DNA from: a bacterium
GTDB lineage: Bacteria; UBA8248; JACPRG01; G963555815
DNA: 64,000 bases
Reading direction: 5' to 3'
Assembly: GCA_965218795.1 (NCBI GenBank)
Contig: OZ244653.1
Location: forward strand, 736,001-800,000
The translations under genes were made by a program, and so were the position numbers. Shown piece by piece: positions 1 through 8,891 of this stretch. The notes below the pieces were generated by a model. The model made no database searches. It was not told the DNA's origin and saw only the letters and a list, made by a program, of their open reading frames with translations. How positions within the stretch are numbered: the stretch's first letter is position 1; the number at the start of each line of letters is the position of its first letter.

Positions 1-470
1 CCCTTTCCAATGACGACAGCCAGCTCTGCTTCCCAATCCACCTTCTGGGTGTTTGCGGGCAGATGGATGGTTTCGCCGGGACCGATCACGCAAAGATGGG
101 GGATCTTGAGAAAAAAGTAGGGATCCCCCTGCGACTTGTCGGTGACCTCACCGCCCATTTCCTCGGCGTGGGCCTTGTAGTTGGCAGCCGCGCAGAAAAT
201 CGAGGGCGGGTAGAGAATGGGCGCCCGGAGCGCGGAGGCCTCGACTTCGTGCCGTTCGTAATCGGCGACGCCGCCAGCCAGCTCTTCGAGCTGGGGGTGG
301 ATCTCATCCAGGTTCTCGATCATCTCGTGGATGGGATAATCGCCGCTGATGAGCGGGGCCCCGAGCACTTCGTCCCAGGCCCTCATGCAGTCATAGGTCT
401 TCTCTTCGACGACGATCCCGACCTTCGGCTGTCCGTCCCGCTCAAAGCTTGTCAGCGCATATTGCGCCAT
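1..470 (-). CDS. Fumarylacetoacetate hydrolase family protein (3' end runs off window)
   Basis: Minus-strand translation gives ...PYFFLKIPHLCVIGPGETIHLPANTQKVDWEAELAVVIGK (FAH DxExEL motif). ATG at 470 is preceded by GGAGG. Absent from the ORF track because there is no stop in the window. Confidence 0.85.
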   Translation of the reverse strand, partial: MAQYALTSFERDGQPKVGIVVEEKTYDCMRAWDEVLGAPLISGDYPIHEMIENLDEIHPQLEELAGGVADYERHEVEASALRAPILYPPSIFCAAANYKAHAEEMGGEVTDKSQGDPYFFLKIPHLCVIGPGETIHLPANTQKVDWEAELAVVIGK

Positions 471-1052
471 CTTCACCTCCTGTGGATCTGACCCTCCGTT
501 GCATCCATGGACTTCAGGTGCTCAATCAAGCTGCATGGTACGGAGGTCAACCCGGCGATGGTCGCCACCACCATCGGGAAAATGAGATCAGGAAGCTCAT
601 TGCGATCTTCGAGATCATCCCGTATCCGAACCAGATGACCAGAAGGGGGCAAAGGCAACCTTGAGGACCGATTGAAACCCCACGAAGGCCAGAGCGTCCT
701 TCCAGAACTGCGACTTTTCTTCCGTTGCAACGCTTCCGCCGGCCATGGTGTCCAATCGCATGAAGGATTCGGAGTAGCATCGGTGATTCCGAATTATCGG
801 ATTTTCAAAATTCTAATCGCACCTAAGGAATCTGCGCAAGCAGGCGCGGTATGCTCTGTTTTCGTCTGGCTCATGCCCTGAAAGGATATCAATCCCTTCG
901 GATCCGACAGGGAAGAAGATGGCGGGGGGATATTCTCCGGTCCAGATTGCTCTCCCGATCCCGATGGCCAAGGCGCAGGGCGTCCAGAGGGATGGAAGAT
1001 CACAGAAAGCATCCCGCGGGATCAGATTTACAGCTACAAGTACCTTAGGTGT

Positions 1053-1557
1053 CGGACCCGCCCGCTCCGCTCATTGCTCTGGACGCGCGTCTCAGGCTTC
1101 ACGGCCCGGAGGGTGACGGGGAGATCCTCTGGCCGAATTCTTCAAAGGCTACTACGAGGTGGACAAGAGGCCGGCGGAAATTCTGACGGAGGTTCGCGTC
1201 CCCCGTTCCTTGGAGAAGGCTCGAGGCACCTATCTGAAATTTGTCGGGAACGCGGCGGCCGATTGGCCGATTCCGGGCGTCGCGGCCCTGCTGCAAACCG
1301 GACGGGGCCGGGTGGTCAAGGACCTGCGGGTGGTACTTTCCTGTGTTTCCTCGACGCCGCTGAAGGTCGCCGGTCTCGGAGATCTGGTTTTCGGACAGCC
1401 CCTCACCGAAGAGCGCATGGAATCCATCGCGGCTTCGGCGGCTGAGCAGGCGGACCCTATCGAGGACGGCAGGGGATCGGCGTGGTACAAACGGGAGATC
1501 GTCCGCGTCCACGTGAGGCGGGCGCTGGAACAGCTCACCAACGGATCGGGAGGCTAG
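1053..1557 (+). pseudogene. 5'-truncated, frameshifted FAD-binding medium subunit (CoxM/XdhB-like) of a molybdenum hydroxylase
   Basis: SDPPAPLIALDARLRLHGPEGDGEI, then a 1-nt frameshift near 1127 into LAEFFKGYYEVDKRPAEILTEV...DGRGSAWYKRE. The N-terminal half is missing. Confidence 0.75.
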
Positions 1558-1561
1558 CCGG

Positions 1562-2116
1562 GTGAATGCTCACGGACAGGCGGCCCGTCCCGTTGAAATT
1601 CATGTGAACGGGGAGAGGCGGATCGTCTTCATCAAGGACAACGCGCTGCTGCTGGACGTCCTGCGGGAGCAGATCGACCTGGCCGGACCGAAGGAGGGCT
1701 GCGGAGTGTCCGCTTGCGGGACCTGTACGGTTCTTCTGGACGGCGAGCCCGTAAGCGCTTGTCTGGCTCTGGTTGCGCAAATCGGACCGGACGAGGAAAT
1801 CCTTACAATCGAAGGCTTATCCGCCGACGGGAATCCGGACCCGATCCGGAAGGCCTTTTACGAAGAGTCGGCCTTCCAGTGCGCGTTTTGCACCCCGGGC
1901 ATGATCATGGCGGTAAAGGGTTTGCTCAGCGAAAACGCGGATCCGACCGATGCGGAAATCCGTGAGTACCTGATCGGCAACTACTGCCGATGCGGAGCTC
2001 ACACCGACATCCTGCGCGCCGTCCACCGAACTGCCGATTCGATTCGGCTCCGGCCTGAATCATTCCGCAGTAGCGGCCGGACCTATCCCGGCGGATCCCA
2101 GCTTTTTCTCACTTGA
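1562..2116 (+). CDS. 2x[2Fe-2S] small subunit (CoxS/XdhC-like)
   Basis: GCGVSACGTCTV and QCAFCTPG...GNYCRC motifs; follows the CoxM-like remnant. Confidence 0.9.
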   Translation: MNAHGQAARPVEIHVNGERRIVFIKDNALLLDVLREQIDLAGPKEGCGVSACGTCTVLLDGEPVSACLALVAQIGPDEEILTIEGLSADGNPDPIRKAFYEESAFQCAFCTPGMIMAVKGLLSENADPTDAEIREYLIGNYCRCGAHTDILRAVHRTADSIRLRPESFRSSGRTYPGGSQLFLT

Positions 2117-3603
2117 AATTCCAGGCTCTCGGGATCTCTCGCCAAATATCGACCGTAACCGCTCTTCCCGGTCACCTCGCCGTTTTCAAAAACCACCGAA
2201 CCTCGGCAGATCGTCGTGATCGGCCAGCCCTTGACCGGTAGTCCCTCGAACAGGGTGAAATCGCCGAAACCGTGGAGCTTATCGCCCGAAAGCGCGACCT
2301 CCCGATCCATGTCCAGGATGACCAGGTCCGCGTCAGCCCCGACCATCCACGAGCCCTTCTTGGGATACAGGCCGAAAGTCCTGGCGGTGTTCTCGCAGCA
2401 AATCTGAACGATCCGCTCCAGGGGGATCCCCCGTTTGTGGACTCCCTCGCTGAGCAGGAGGGGCAGCAGGATCTCCATCCCGACGAAGCCGGACCCCGCC
2501 GACCATACGTCGTCGATCTCGTCCCCTTCGCGGTCGCCGCTGTCTCCGCGGACCATCTTCTCTTCGTAATTCGTGACGACGTGATCGCTGCCGATGCACT
2601 CGACGCGGCCGTCCATCACCCCCTGCCAGAGGGAGTCATTGTGGTGGCGGTCGCGGATCGGCGGATTGACCTTGAGGAGGAGACCGGCGGGGCTGTCTGT
2701 CGTCGCCAGCAGGTATTGGGGGCAGGTCTCCACTGTGAGCGGGACGCCTTGCCTCTTCAATTTCGTGCACGCATCCAGTCCGTCACGGGTGGAGATGTGC
2801 AGGCCGTACAGACGGCAGCCGGCTTGCTCGGCAAACAGGGCGTACCGGACGAGATGCTCCGATTCGCACCAGGGCGGGCAACGATCCGTCCACGCAGCAA
2901 TGTCCCTGCGGCCTTCTTGAATCAGCCGCTTCATCAGTACGGTCGTAACCTCCGTGTTTTCATTGTGAACCATGGCCAAGGCTGCCGGTCCGAGCCTGCC
3001 GATCTGCTCGAATCCGGCCCAGATCAGACCGTCGTCGAAAGAGGCGGGAACGGCGATCCGCATCTTCCATTTGGGGACGATGTTCGTCGTCGCGTGGCTC
3101 TTGAGGTTGGGGTAGAACTTGAAGGACGTGACACCGAACCTGCGGGCGATCTCCGGGATTTCCTCGACCTGCTCCTCGGTGTTGATCGTGGGTGAATGGA
3201 AGAAGTCGACCGTCGAATGGTCTTCGCCCATCTCTCTGAGGACGGGGAAGGCCTCGGTCCACGGGCGCGTGTCGTCCACGGTGACGAATTCCTTGAACGT
3301 CCAGGACGCCCGGCCGGAGCCGACCATGACGCCGTACGTGGTGACGCCCCCCGCGGCGGCGGCCGGACTCTCATCACGAAAGTCCTGATCGAGGGGGTTT
3401 CGGCACCCGGGATGGGTATGGGGATCGACCACGCCTGGGATGACATGACGCTCCTGGGCGTCGATGACGCGTTTCGCAGAAGGAATCTTCGCATCGGACA
3501 CGATGCCCGTAATCTGTTCACCCTGAATCAGGACGCTTCCTCGCCGGATTCCCCCGGAGGAGACCAGACGGGCGTTGATGATCGCAAGATCGATTTCTGA
3601 CAT
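2083..3603 (-). CDS. Cyclic amidohydrolase (dihydropyrimidinase/allantoinase/dihydroorotase family)
   Basis: PGVVDPHTH, SFKFY (carbamylated Lys), VHNEN, ETCPQYL, NPPIR, GSDH, GADADLV. Confidence 0.9.
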   Translation of the reverse strand: MSEIDLAIINARLVSSGGIRRGSVLIQGEQITGIVSDAKIPSAKRVIDAQERHVIPGVVDPHTHPGCRNPLDQDFRDESPAAAAGGVTTYGVMVGSGRASWTFKEFVTVDDTRPWTEAFPVLREMGEDHSTVDFFHSPTINTEEQVEEIPEIARRFGVTSFKFYPNLKSHATTNIVPKWKMRIAVPASFDDGLIWAGFEQIGRLGPAALAMVHNENTEVTTVLMKRLIQEGRRDIAAWTDRCPPWCESEHLVRYALFAEQAGCRLYGLHISTRDGLDACTKLKRQGVPLTVETCPQYLLATTDSPAGLLLKVNPPIRDRHHNDSLWQGVMDGRVECIGSDHVVTNYEEKMVRGDSGDREGDEIDDVWSAGSGFVGMEILLPLLLSEGVHKRGIPLERIVQICCENTARTFGLYPKKGSWMVGADADLVILDMDREVALSGDKLHGFGDFTLFEGLPVKGWPITTICRGSVVFENGEVTGKSGYGRYLARDPESLEFQVRKSWDPPG

Positions 3604-3693
3604 GTCGGCGTTTCCAAGATGGAGGGGTACGCCTGGGGGCGGAAATCACCCAGGGGTTGAGCATGAACTCCGAATGGACCGTCGGCTTGATGA

Positions 3694-4371
3694 TCAGTCT
3701 GCGGCGTTGGACGCCGCCTTCGCGGCCAGGATTTCAATGATCCGGTCGCTCTGCGTGACAACCCCGAAGAGAAAATCGATGTTCTTGAGCGACATCCGAT
3801 GGAGGTCCTCTCCGTAGGCCGCTACGCAGTCCTCGGGGACCACGCAGTAATAATCCATGAAGTAGGCGTGGCGGATCGTGGACTCCACGCAGACATTGGT
3901 GGTCACCCCGCAGATGATCAGTGTGCGAATCCCTTTGCTGCGCAGGATCAGGGGCAGGTCCGTGTCGATGAACGCGTTGAAACGGTGCTTGATGACCTCG
4001 CAGTCGCCTTCTTTGGGCTCCAGTTCTCCGAAATAATCCCACCCCCAGGTGTCCTTCTTGCAAAGCGGCACATCATGATAGAGCCCTTTGAGACTTTTCC
4101 GGGTCTGTCCGAGGGCGACCTCGGACAGATACCACCCCTGTTCGGTGGCGTAGATGTTCCGGACCCATATGATCGGGACCCCCGCGTCCCGGACCTCATC
4201 AATGCATCGGCCGAGCGCGGGAGCGATCTTTCCCATCGGGGCCACGTCGAAGCCGCACTGGTCGAGCGCTCCGCCTTTGGCGCAGAAGTCGTTCTGGTAA
4301 TCGATGCAGATGAGGGCGGTCCACTCGGGGTTCAGCTTCTCCTCCAGCGTCATCAGCGGTTTACCGGCCAT
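3694..4371 (-). CDS. Isochorismatase-family cysteine hydrolase (RutB-like)
   Basis: IDYQNDF, KHRFNAF and GVTTNVCVEST supply the D-K-C triad. Confidence 0.9.
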   Translation of the reverse strand: MAGKPLMTLEEKLNPEWTALICIDYQNDFCAKGGALDQCGFDVAPMGKIAPALGRCIDEVRDAGVPIIWVRNIYATEQGWYLSEVALGQTRKSLKGLYHDVPLCKKDTWGWDYFGELEPKEGDCEVIKHRFNAFIDTDLPLILRSKGIRTLIICGVTTNVCVESTIRHAYFMDYYCVVPEDCVAAYGEDLHRMSLKNIDFLFGVVTQSDRIIEILAAKAASNAAD

Positions 4372-4775
4372 ATCGGCACTCCCTCCACGCCAGGTCGCGA
4401 AGGCGATCTCGAGACCCGGCTCGTTGGGGATTGAGAAAAGTTCCGACTCTCCCTCATTGGGCGAATCCTTCGATCGTATGTGCGAAAGATTGTATCTCGC
4501 GGAGGGAAAGGGGGAAAGCGAATTTCAAACCGGGGGCGGGTCGCGTCTAATCCGGGTCTGCTGTTTTTTGTTATAATCGACCATCGGCTCGGACCATGAG
4601 GCGCGTCGAGCCATCGATGGATTGTTTTTTTCTTCTTTCGACCGTATCGGGTTTCGAGGAATCCACCCATCCTCGGGAATGAGAACGCCAGGCGCATTCC
4701 ACGGGTCATTCTTCCGGCGTGGATTCCATTCGACGATGGAACGTACAACCGGCCAGACAATCTGAAGGGAATACG

Positions 4776-5726
4776 ATGAGCAAGAACGGCGTCACGTTCG
4801 GACTGGCAGTCAGAAACTTTACGGCTTACCCGGAGATGCCCGACGCGGATGCGCTGATTGCCTACGCGAAGCGCGCCGAAGAATTGGGCTATGACTCCCT
4901 CTGGGTATGGGACCACATCTTCCTCGGAGTGGACCCCTGCTTTCCCATCCTCGACTCGCTTACTCTGCTGACCGCCATCGCCTGCCACACCGCCAGGGTG
5001 AAGCTGGGGACGGGCGTCCTTGTCCTTCCCATGAGAAATCCCGCGGTCCTGGCCAAGGAAGCGGCGACGCTGGACGTTATCTCCAAGGGGCGTCTGATCC
5101 TGGGGATGGCCAGCGGGTGGTACGCGCGCGAGTTCGATGCGGTTGGGATTCCGTTCAAGAAGCGGGGCGACATCTTTGACCGGAATCTGGAGATCCTCAC
5201 GCGGCTCTGGACCGAGGATATGGTGAGCGGTGAGTATCCTCCGCACAATCTGCGCAGTGCCGTCCTCCACCCCAAGCCGGTTCAGAAACCGCGCCCCCCC
5301 ATCCTGATCGGAGGCTACGCGGACCGGGTACTCAAGCGCACGGCCGAGAAGGGCGACGGCTGGCTGACCTATTTCTACACCCCCGATGCGTATACCCGTT
5401 CGATGGACCGGATCCGGAAGTTCGCCGAGGACGCCGGCCGCGATCCGGATACCCTCGACAGCCTCAACCAAATTCCGATCATGGTGGCCGAGAGCGACAA
5501 AGACCGCGCGGCGATGGATGAATGGCTGACCACGGAGTGGGATTATGCTTCCTGGAGCGAATCGACCAAAGAGAGCGCGATTATCGGATCGGTCGACCAT
5601 TGCGCGGAGCAGCTTCAGGCCCACGTGGATGTCGGCGTGAGGCGGATCGTCCTGGTTCCGTTCAAGTACCAATCGGACCAGGTGGAGGTATTGGCCAAAG
5701 ACGTGATACCGAAGGTCAATACTTGA
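4776..5726 (+). CDS. LLM-class (luciferase-like, possibly F420-dependent) oxidoreductase
   Basis: AEELGYDSLWVWDH, GTGVLVLPMRNP, PKPVQKPRPPILIGG. Confidence 0.88.
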   Translation: MSKNGVTFGLAVRNFTAYPEMPDADALIAYAKRAEELGYDSLWVWDHIFLGVDPCFPILDSLTLLTAIACHTARVKLGTGVLVLPMRNPAVLAKEAATLDVISKGRLILGMASGWYAREFDAVGIPFKKRGDIFDRNLEILTRLWTEDMVSGEYPPHNLRSAVLHPKPVQKPRPPILIGGYADRVLKRTAEKGDGWLTYFYTPDAYTRSMDRIRKFAEDAGRDPDTLDSLNQIPIMVAESDKDRAAMDEWLTTEWDYASWSESTKESAIIGSVDHCAEQLQAHVDVGVRRIVLVPFKYQSDQVEVLAKDVIPKVNT

Positions 5727-5797
5727 TGGGCAAGCGGATCAGGGGCCGGGTTTGTTCCCCGAAAGGCCGATCTCTCCCGATACCCGATCACCGTTTT

Positions 5798-5815
5798 CCA
5801 TGATCTGCATCATGG
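5798..5815. promoter_or_regulatory. CRP/FNR-type palindrome upstream of the Rieske/cytb/HAO operon
   Basis: CCATGAT-ctgc-ATCATGG, perfect 7-bp arms; same TGAT-N4-ATCA core as FNR boxes. Confidence 0.45.
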
Positions 5816-5932
5816 TTCACACCCACCGTTGAATGTAAATTTTGGGGGAAGTTCGTGAGAAGAGTGAGATCACCAGTCTTCTAACGGGCGTTTCATCGCC
5901 GGTCTGGATAATCGCAATCGGGGGGGACGACT

Positions 5933-6385
5933 TTGCTCGCCGAAAACTCTCCCAAAATTGATAGGCGCGGCTTCATCGGAGCGGTCTTCATGGCCGTCAG
6001 CCTGGTGTTGAGTTTCGGGACCGCCGCTGTTTATGGATTGCGATACCTTTTCGGCAGGCAGAGCCGGCCGCCGACCGTCAACGTTCTGGTGGCCTCCCTG
6101 AATGATATCCCGGCTGAAGCCAGCAGAACCTACAAGGACCTGTCCGGACGGAAGTTCCTGCTGGTGAATTCGGGGGACGGCATTCAGGCCTTCGATACCA
6201 CGTGCACCCATCTCGGCTGTCAGGTCTTCTGGCGCGCGCAAGAACAAAAATTTCACTGTCCCTGCCATGAGGGCTACTTTGACGCTGAAGGCCGGCCCAC
6301 CCAGGGCCCCCCGGTGACACCGCTTCGCCGGCTCCCTGTCGAAATTCGAGGGAAGAGCATCTTTGTCGAGATGACGGAGGCCTGA
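5933..6385 (+). CDS. Rieske [2Fe-2S] protein with Tat anchor
   Basis: DRRGFI twin-arginine motif plus TM helix; CTHLGC and CPCHEG. Confidence 0.93.
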   Translation: MLAENSPKIDRRGFIGAVFMAVSLVLSFGTAAVYGLRYLFGRQSRPPTVNVLVASLNDIPAEASRTYKDLSGRKFLLVNSGDGIQAFDTTCTHLGCQVFWRAQEQKFHCPCHEGYFDAEGRPTQGPPVTPLRRLPVEIRGKSIFVEMTEA

Positions 6386-6388
6386 GCT

Positions 6389-7447
6389 TTGGCGCGATCC
6401 CGGACGCTCAACTGGGTGAACGAGCGGATCCCGTTCAACTGGGACAATCTGAAGCACCTCACGAGCGAGCCGATCCCCAATCATCTCAAGTCCTGGTGGT
6501 TCTGCCTGGGCGGGACCCCTCTTTATCTTTTTCTCATCCAGGTGACGACGGGCATCGCGCTCACGTTCTATTACGTTCCGCAGCCCGACAAGGCCTACAG
6601 TTCGGTTCAGCACATCACGGAGGTGGTGCCTTTCGGCTGGTACCTGAGGAGCATCCACAGCTGGGCGGGCCATCTGATGGTCGCCGCCGTGATGCTTCAC
6701 ATGATGCGCGTGTTCTTTACTTCATCCTATCGGAAACCGAGGGAGCTGAACTGGGTGATCGGTTTCTCCCTGCTTCTTGTCACCGTGGGTTTCGGGTTTA
6801 CGGGCTACTCCCTCCAATACACCCAGCTCTCGTACTGGGCCGCCGTGGTGGGGACTCATATCGCGGAGGCTGTTCCCTTCGTGGGTTCTTATGCTGCCGG
6901 TTTCCTCCGAGGCGGACCCGCCGTAGGCCCAAACACGCTGACGCGGTTTTATATCTTCCACATCGGGGTGCTTCCGACGTTGGCCTTTCTCCTGATCGCG
7001 TTGCACGTCTTCCTGATTCGTACCCACGGCGTGACGGAATTCGCGGGTGGCGATGAGAAGGCCGGGCGGGACAAGGGCCGATTTTTCCCGTTCTTCCCCG
7101 ATCATGTGCTGACGGAGATGATTGTCGGGGTTTTTCTGATGTTCCTCCTGACCCAGTTGGCCATCGTCTTTCCGGCCGGGTTGGGGGAGGCGGCCAATCC
7201 GGCGGTCACGCCCGAACACATCAAGCCGGAGTGGTACTTTTATCCCGTGTTCCGATGGTTGAAGCTGTTTACGTTCGAAGCCGGTCTCGTGAGCGCCCTG
7301 GTGGCCGCTGGGGTTATGGCGGTATGGCCCTGGATCGATGCCGGCCTTGAGAGAAAGGCGCCCGGAATGGAGATCAGCGTCTATGTCGGCATCGTTGCGG
7401 TGTTGTTGCTGATGGGTCTCATGCTTTGGGAAGGTTTGGCGGCCTAG
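6389..7447 (+). CDS. Cytochrome b of a Rieske/cytb complex
   Basis: RSIHSW..LHMMRVF, PRELNW, HIGVLP...LHVFLI and PEWY motifs. Confidence 0.93.
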   Translation: MARSRTLNWVNERIPFNWDNLKHLTSEPIPNHLKSWWFCLGGTPLYLFLIQVTTGIALTFYYVPQPDKAYSSVQHITEVVPFGWYLRSIHSWAGHLMVAAVMLHMMRVFFTSSYRKPRELNWVIGFSLLLVTVGFGFTGYSLQYTQLSYWAAVVGTHIAEAVPFVGSYAAGFLRGGPAVGPNTLTRFYIFHIGVLPTLAFLLIALHVFLIRTHGVTEFAGGDEKAGRDKGRFFPFFPDHVLTEMIVGVFLMFLLTQLAIVFPAGLGEAANPAVTPEHIKPEWYFYPVFRWLKLFTFEAGLVSALVAAGVMAVWPWIDAGLERKAPGMEISVYVGIVAVLLLMGLMLWEGLAA

Positions 7448-7477
7448 CCCCGAAAAGCGCGCAGCCGAACCGCCGGC

Positions 7478-8833
7478 TTGGAGGATGGACACTTGGATTT
7501 CAGAGTCAAACAGTGGATTATCGGAATCCTGAGCCTCTTTTTTCTGGCTGCCCTCCTGATCGTGGGTTACATCGAGAGCAAGCGACATTTGCCCGATAAA
7601 AAGACGCGCCCGGTCGTGACGGCGAAAAACGAGAGTTGCGTGAACTGCCACACGGAGAAGTCGCCGGGCATCGTGACCCAATGGGAAGAAAGCACGCACG
7701 CCGGCTTGGGGGTGGGGTGCGCCGACTGCCACTCGGCCAACAAGGGGGACCCGGATGCCTGGGAGCATGAGGGGAGCCTGATTGCAACCATCGTCTCACC
7801 CAAGGACTGCGCCAAGTGCCACCAGCCCCAGGTGGACGAGTTCATGGCGAGTCACCATGCCAGGGCGGCCCAATTCACCGGTTCCCTGGACAACTTCCTC
7901 GGCGTGGTCGTGGAAGGGAACCCGGCCGCGATCACCGGTTGCCAAAAATGCCACGGCAGTACGGTGAAGGTTTTGCAGAACGGTCGATTGGATCCCGCCA
8001 CCTGGCCGAATACCGGCATGGGCCGAATCAACCCGGACGGGAGCAACGGGGCCTGTTCGGCCTGTCATGCGCGCCATCAGTTCGCCCGTGCACAGGCGCG
8101 GCAGCCGGAGAACTGCGGGAAGTGCCACATGGGCCCGGATCACCCGCAAATCGAGATCTACAACGAATCCAAGCACGGGATCGTGTATCACGCCCGTCGG
8201 GAGGAGATGAACCTCTCCAGCAAGTCCTGGGTGGTCGGGAAGGATTACACGGCCGCGCCGACGTGCGCGACCTGCCATATGAGCGCAACGGAGAAACTTC
8301 CGATCACGCATGACGTAGGCAAGCGGATCAGCTGGACGCTGCGTCCCGTGATTTCAACGAAACTCGAAAACTGGGAAGCGAAGCGGAAGGATATGAAGGA
8401 TGTCTGCGCGGCTTGTCATGGCCCGAAATTCGTCGACGGATTTTATTCTCAGTTCGACAGCGCGGTCGTCCTCTACAACGAAAAGTTCGCCCGCCCCGCG
8501 CAGGCCGTCATGAAAGAGCTCAAGGCGGAGGGAAAGATCTCGGCGGCGCCGTTCGACGACAAGATCGAATGGACATTTTTCGAGCTCTGGCACCACGAAG
8601 GGCGCCGGGCCCGCCATGGGGCCTCGATGCAGGGGCCGGATTTCACGCAATGGCACGGGTTCTACGAGGTTGCCAAGCATTTCTACTTCAAGTTCCTCCC
8701 GGAGGCGGAGGAGTTGATGCCCGGGATCTCGGAAAGGCACGTGACAGGCAAGTACCACGAATGGCGGAAGGGGATGTCGAAGGACCAGATTCAGGAGTTG
8801 CTCGATTTCTACAAGGACCGCTACGGTCAATAA
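7478..8833 (+). CDS. Membrane-anchored octaheme cytochrome c, hydroxylamine oxidoreductase (HAO) family
   Basis: Eight CxxCH (CVNCH, CADCH, CAKCH, CQKCH, CSACH, CGKCH, CATCH, CAACH); HMGPDHPQIEIYNESKHG and APTCATCHM HAO signatures; N-terminal TM. Confidence 0.9.
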   Translation: MEDGHLDFRVKQWIIGILSLFFLAALLIVGYIESKRHLPDKKTRPVVTAKNESCVNCHTEKSPGIVTQWEESTHAGLGVGCADCHSANKGDPDAWEHEGSLIATIVSPKDCAKCHQPQVDEFMASHHARAAQFTGSLDNFLGVVVEGNPAAITGCQKCHGSTVKVLQNGRLDPATWPNTGMGRINPDGSNGACSACHARHQFARAQARQPENCGKCHMGPDHPQIEIYNESKHGIVYHARREEMNLSSKSWVVGKDYTAAPTCATCHMSATEKLPITHDVGKRISWTLRPVISTKLENWEAKRKDMKDVCAACHGPKFVDGFYSQFDSAVVLYNEKFARPAQAVMKELKAEGKISAAPFDDKIEWTFFELWHHEGRRARHGASMQGPDFTQWHGFYEVAKHFYFKFLPEAEELMPGISERHVTGKYHEWRKGMSKDQIQELLDFYKDRYGQ

Positions 8834-8891
8834 CCCGGCCGAACATTCCCAGGGGATGAGGCCTCCGCCCATTCGGGAACGGCGGGCCGGG

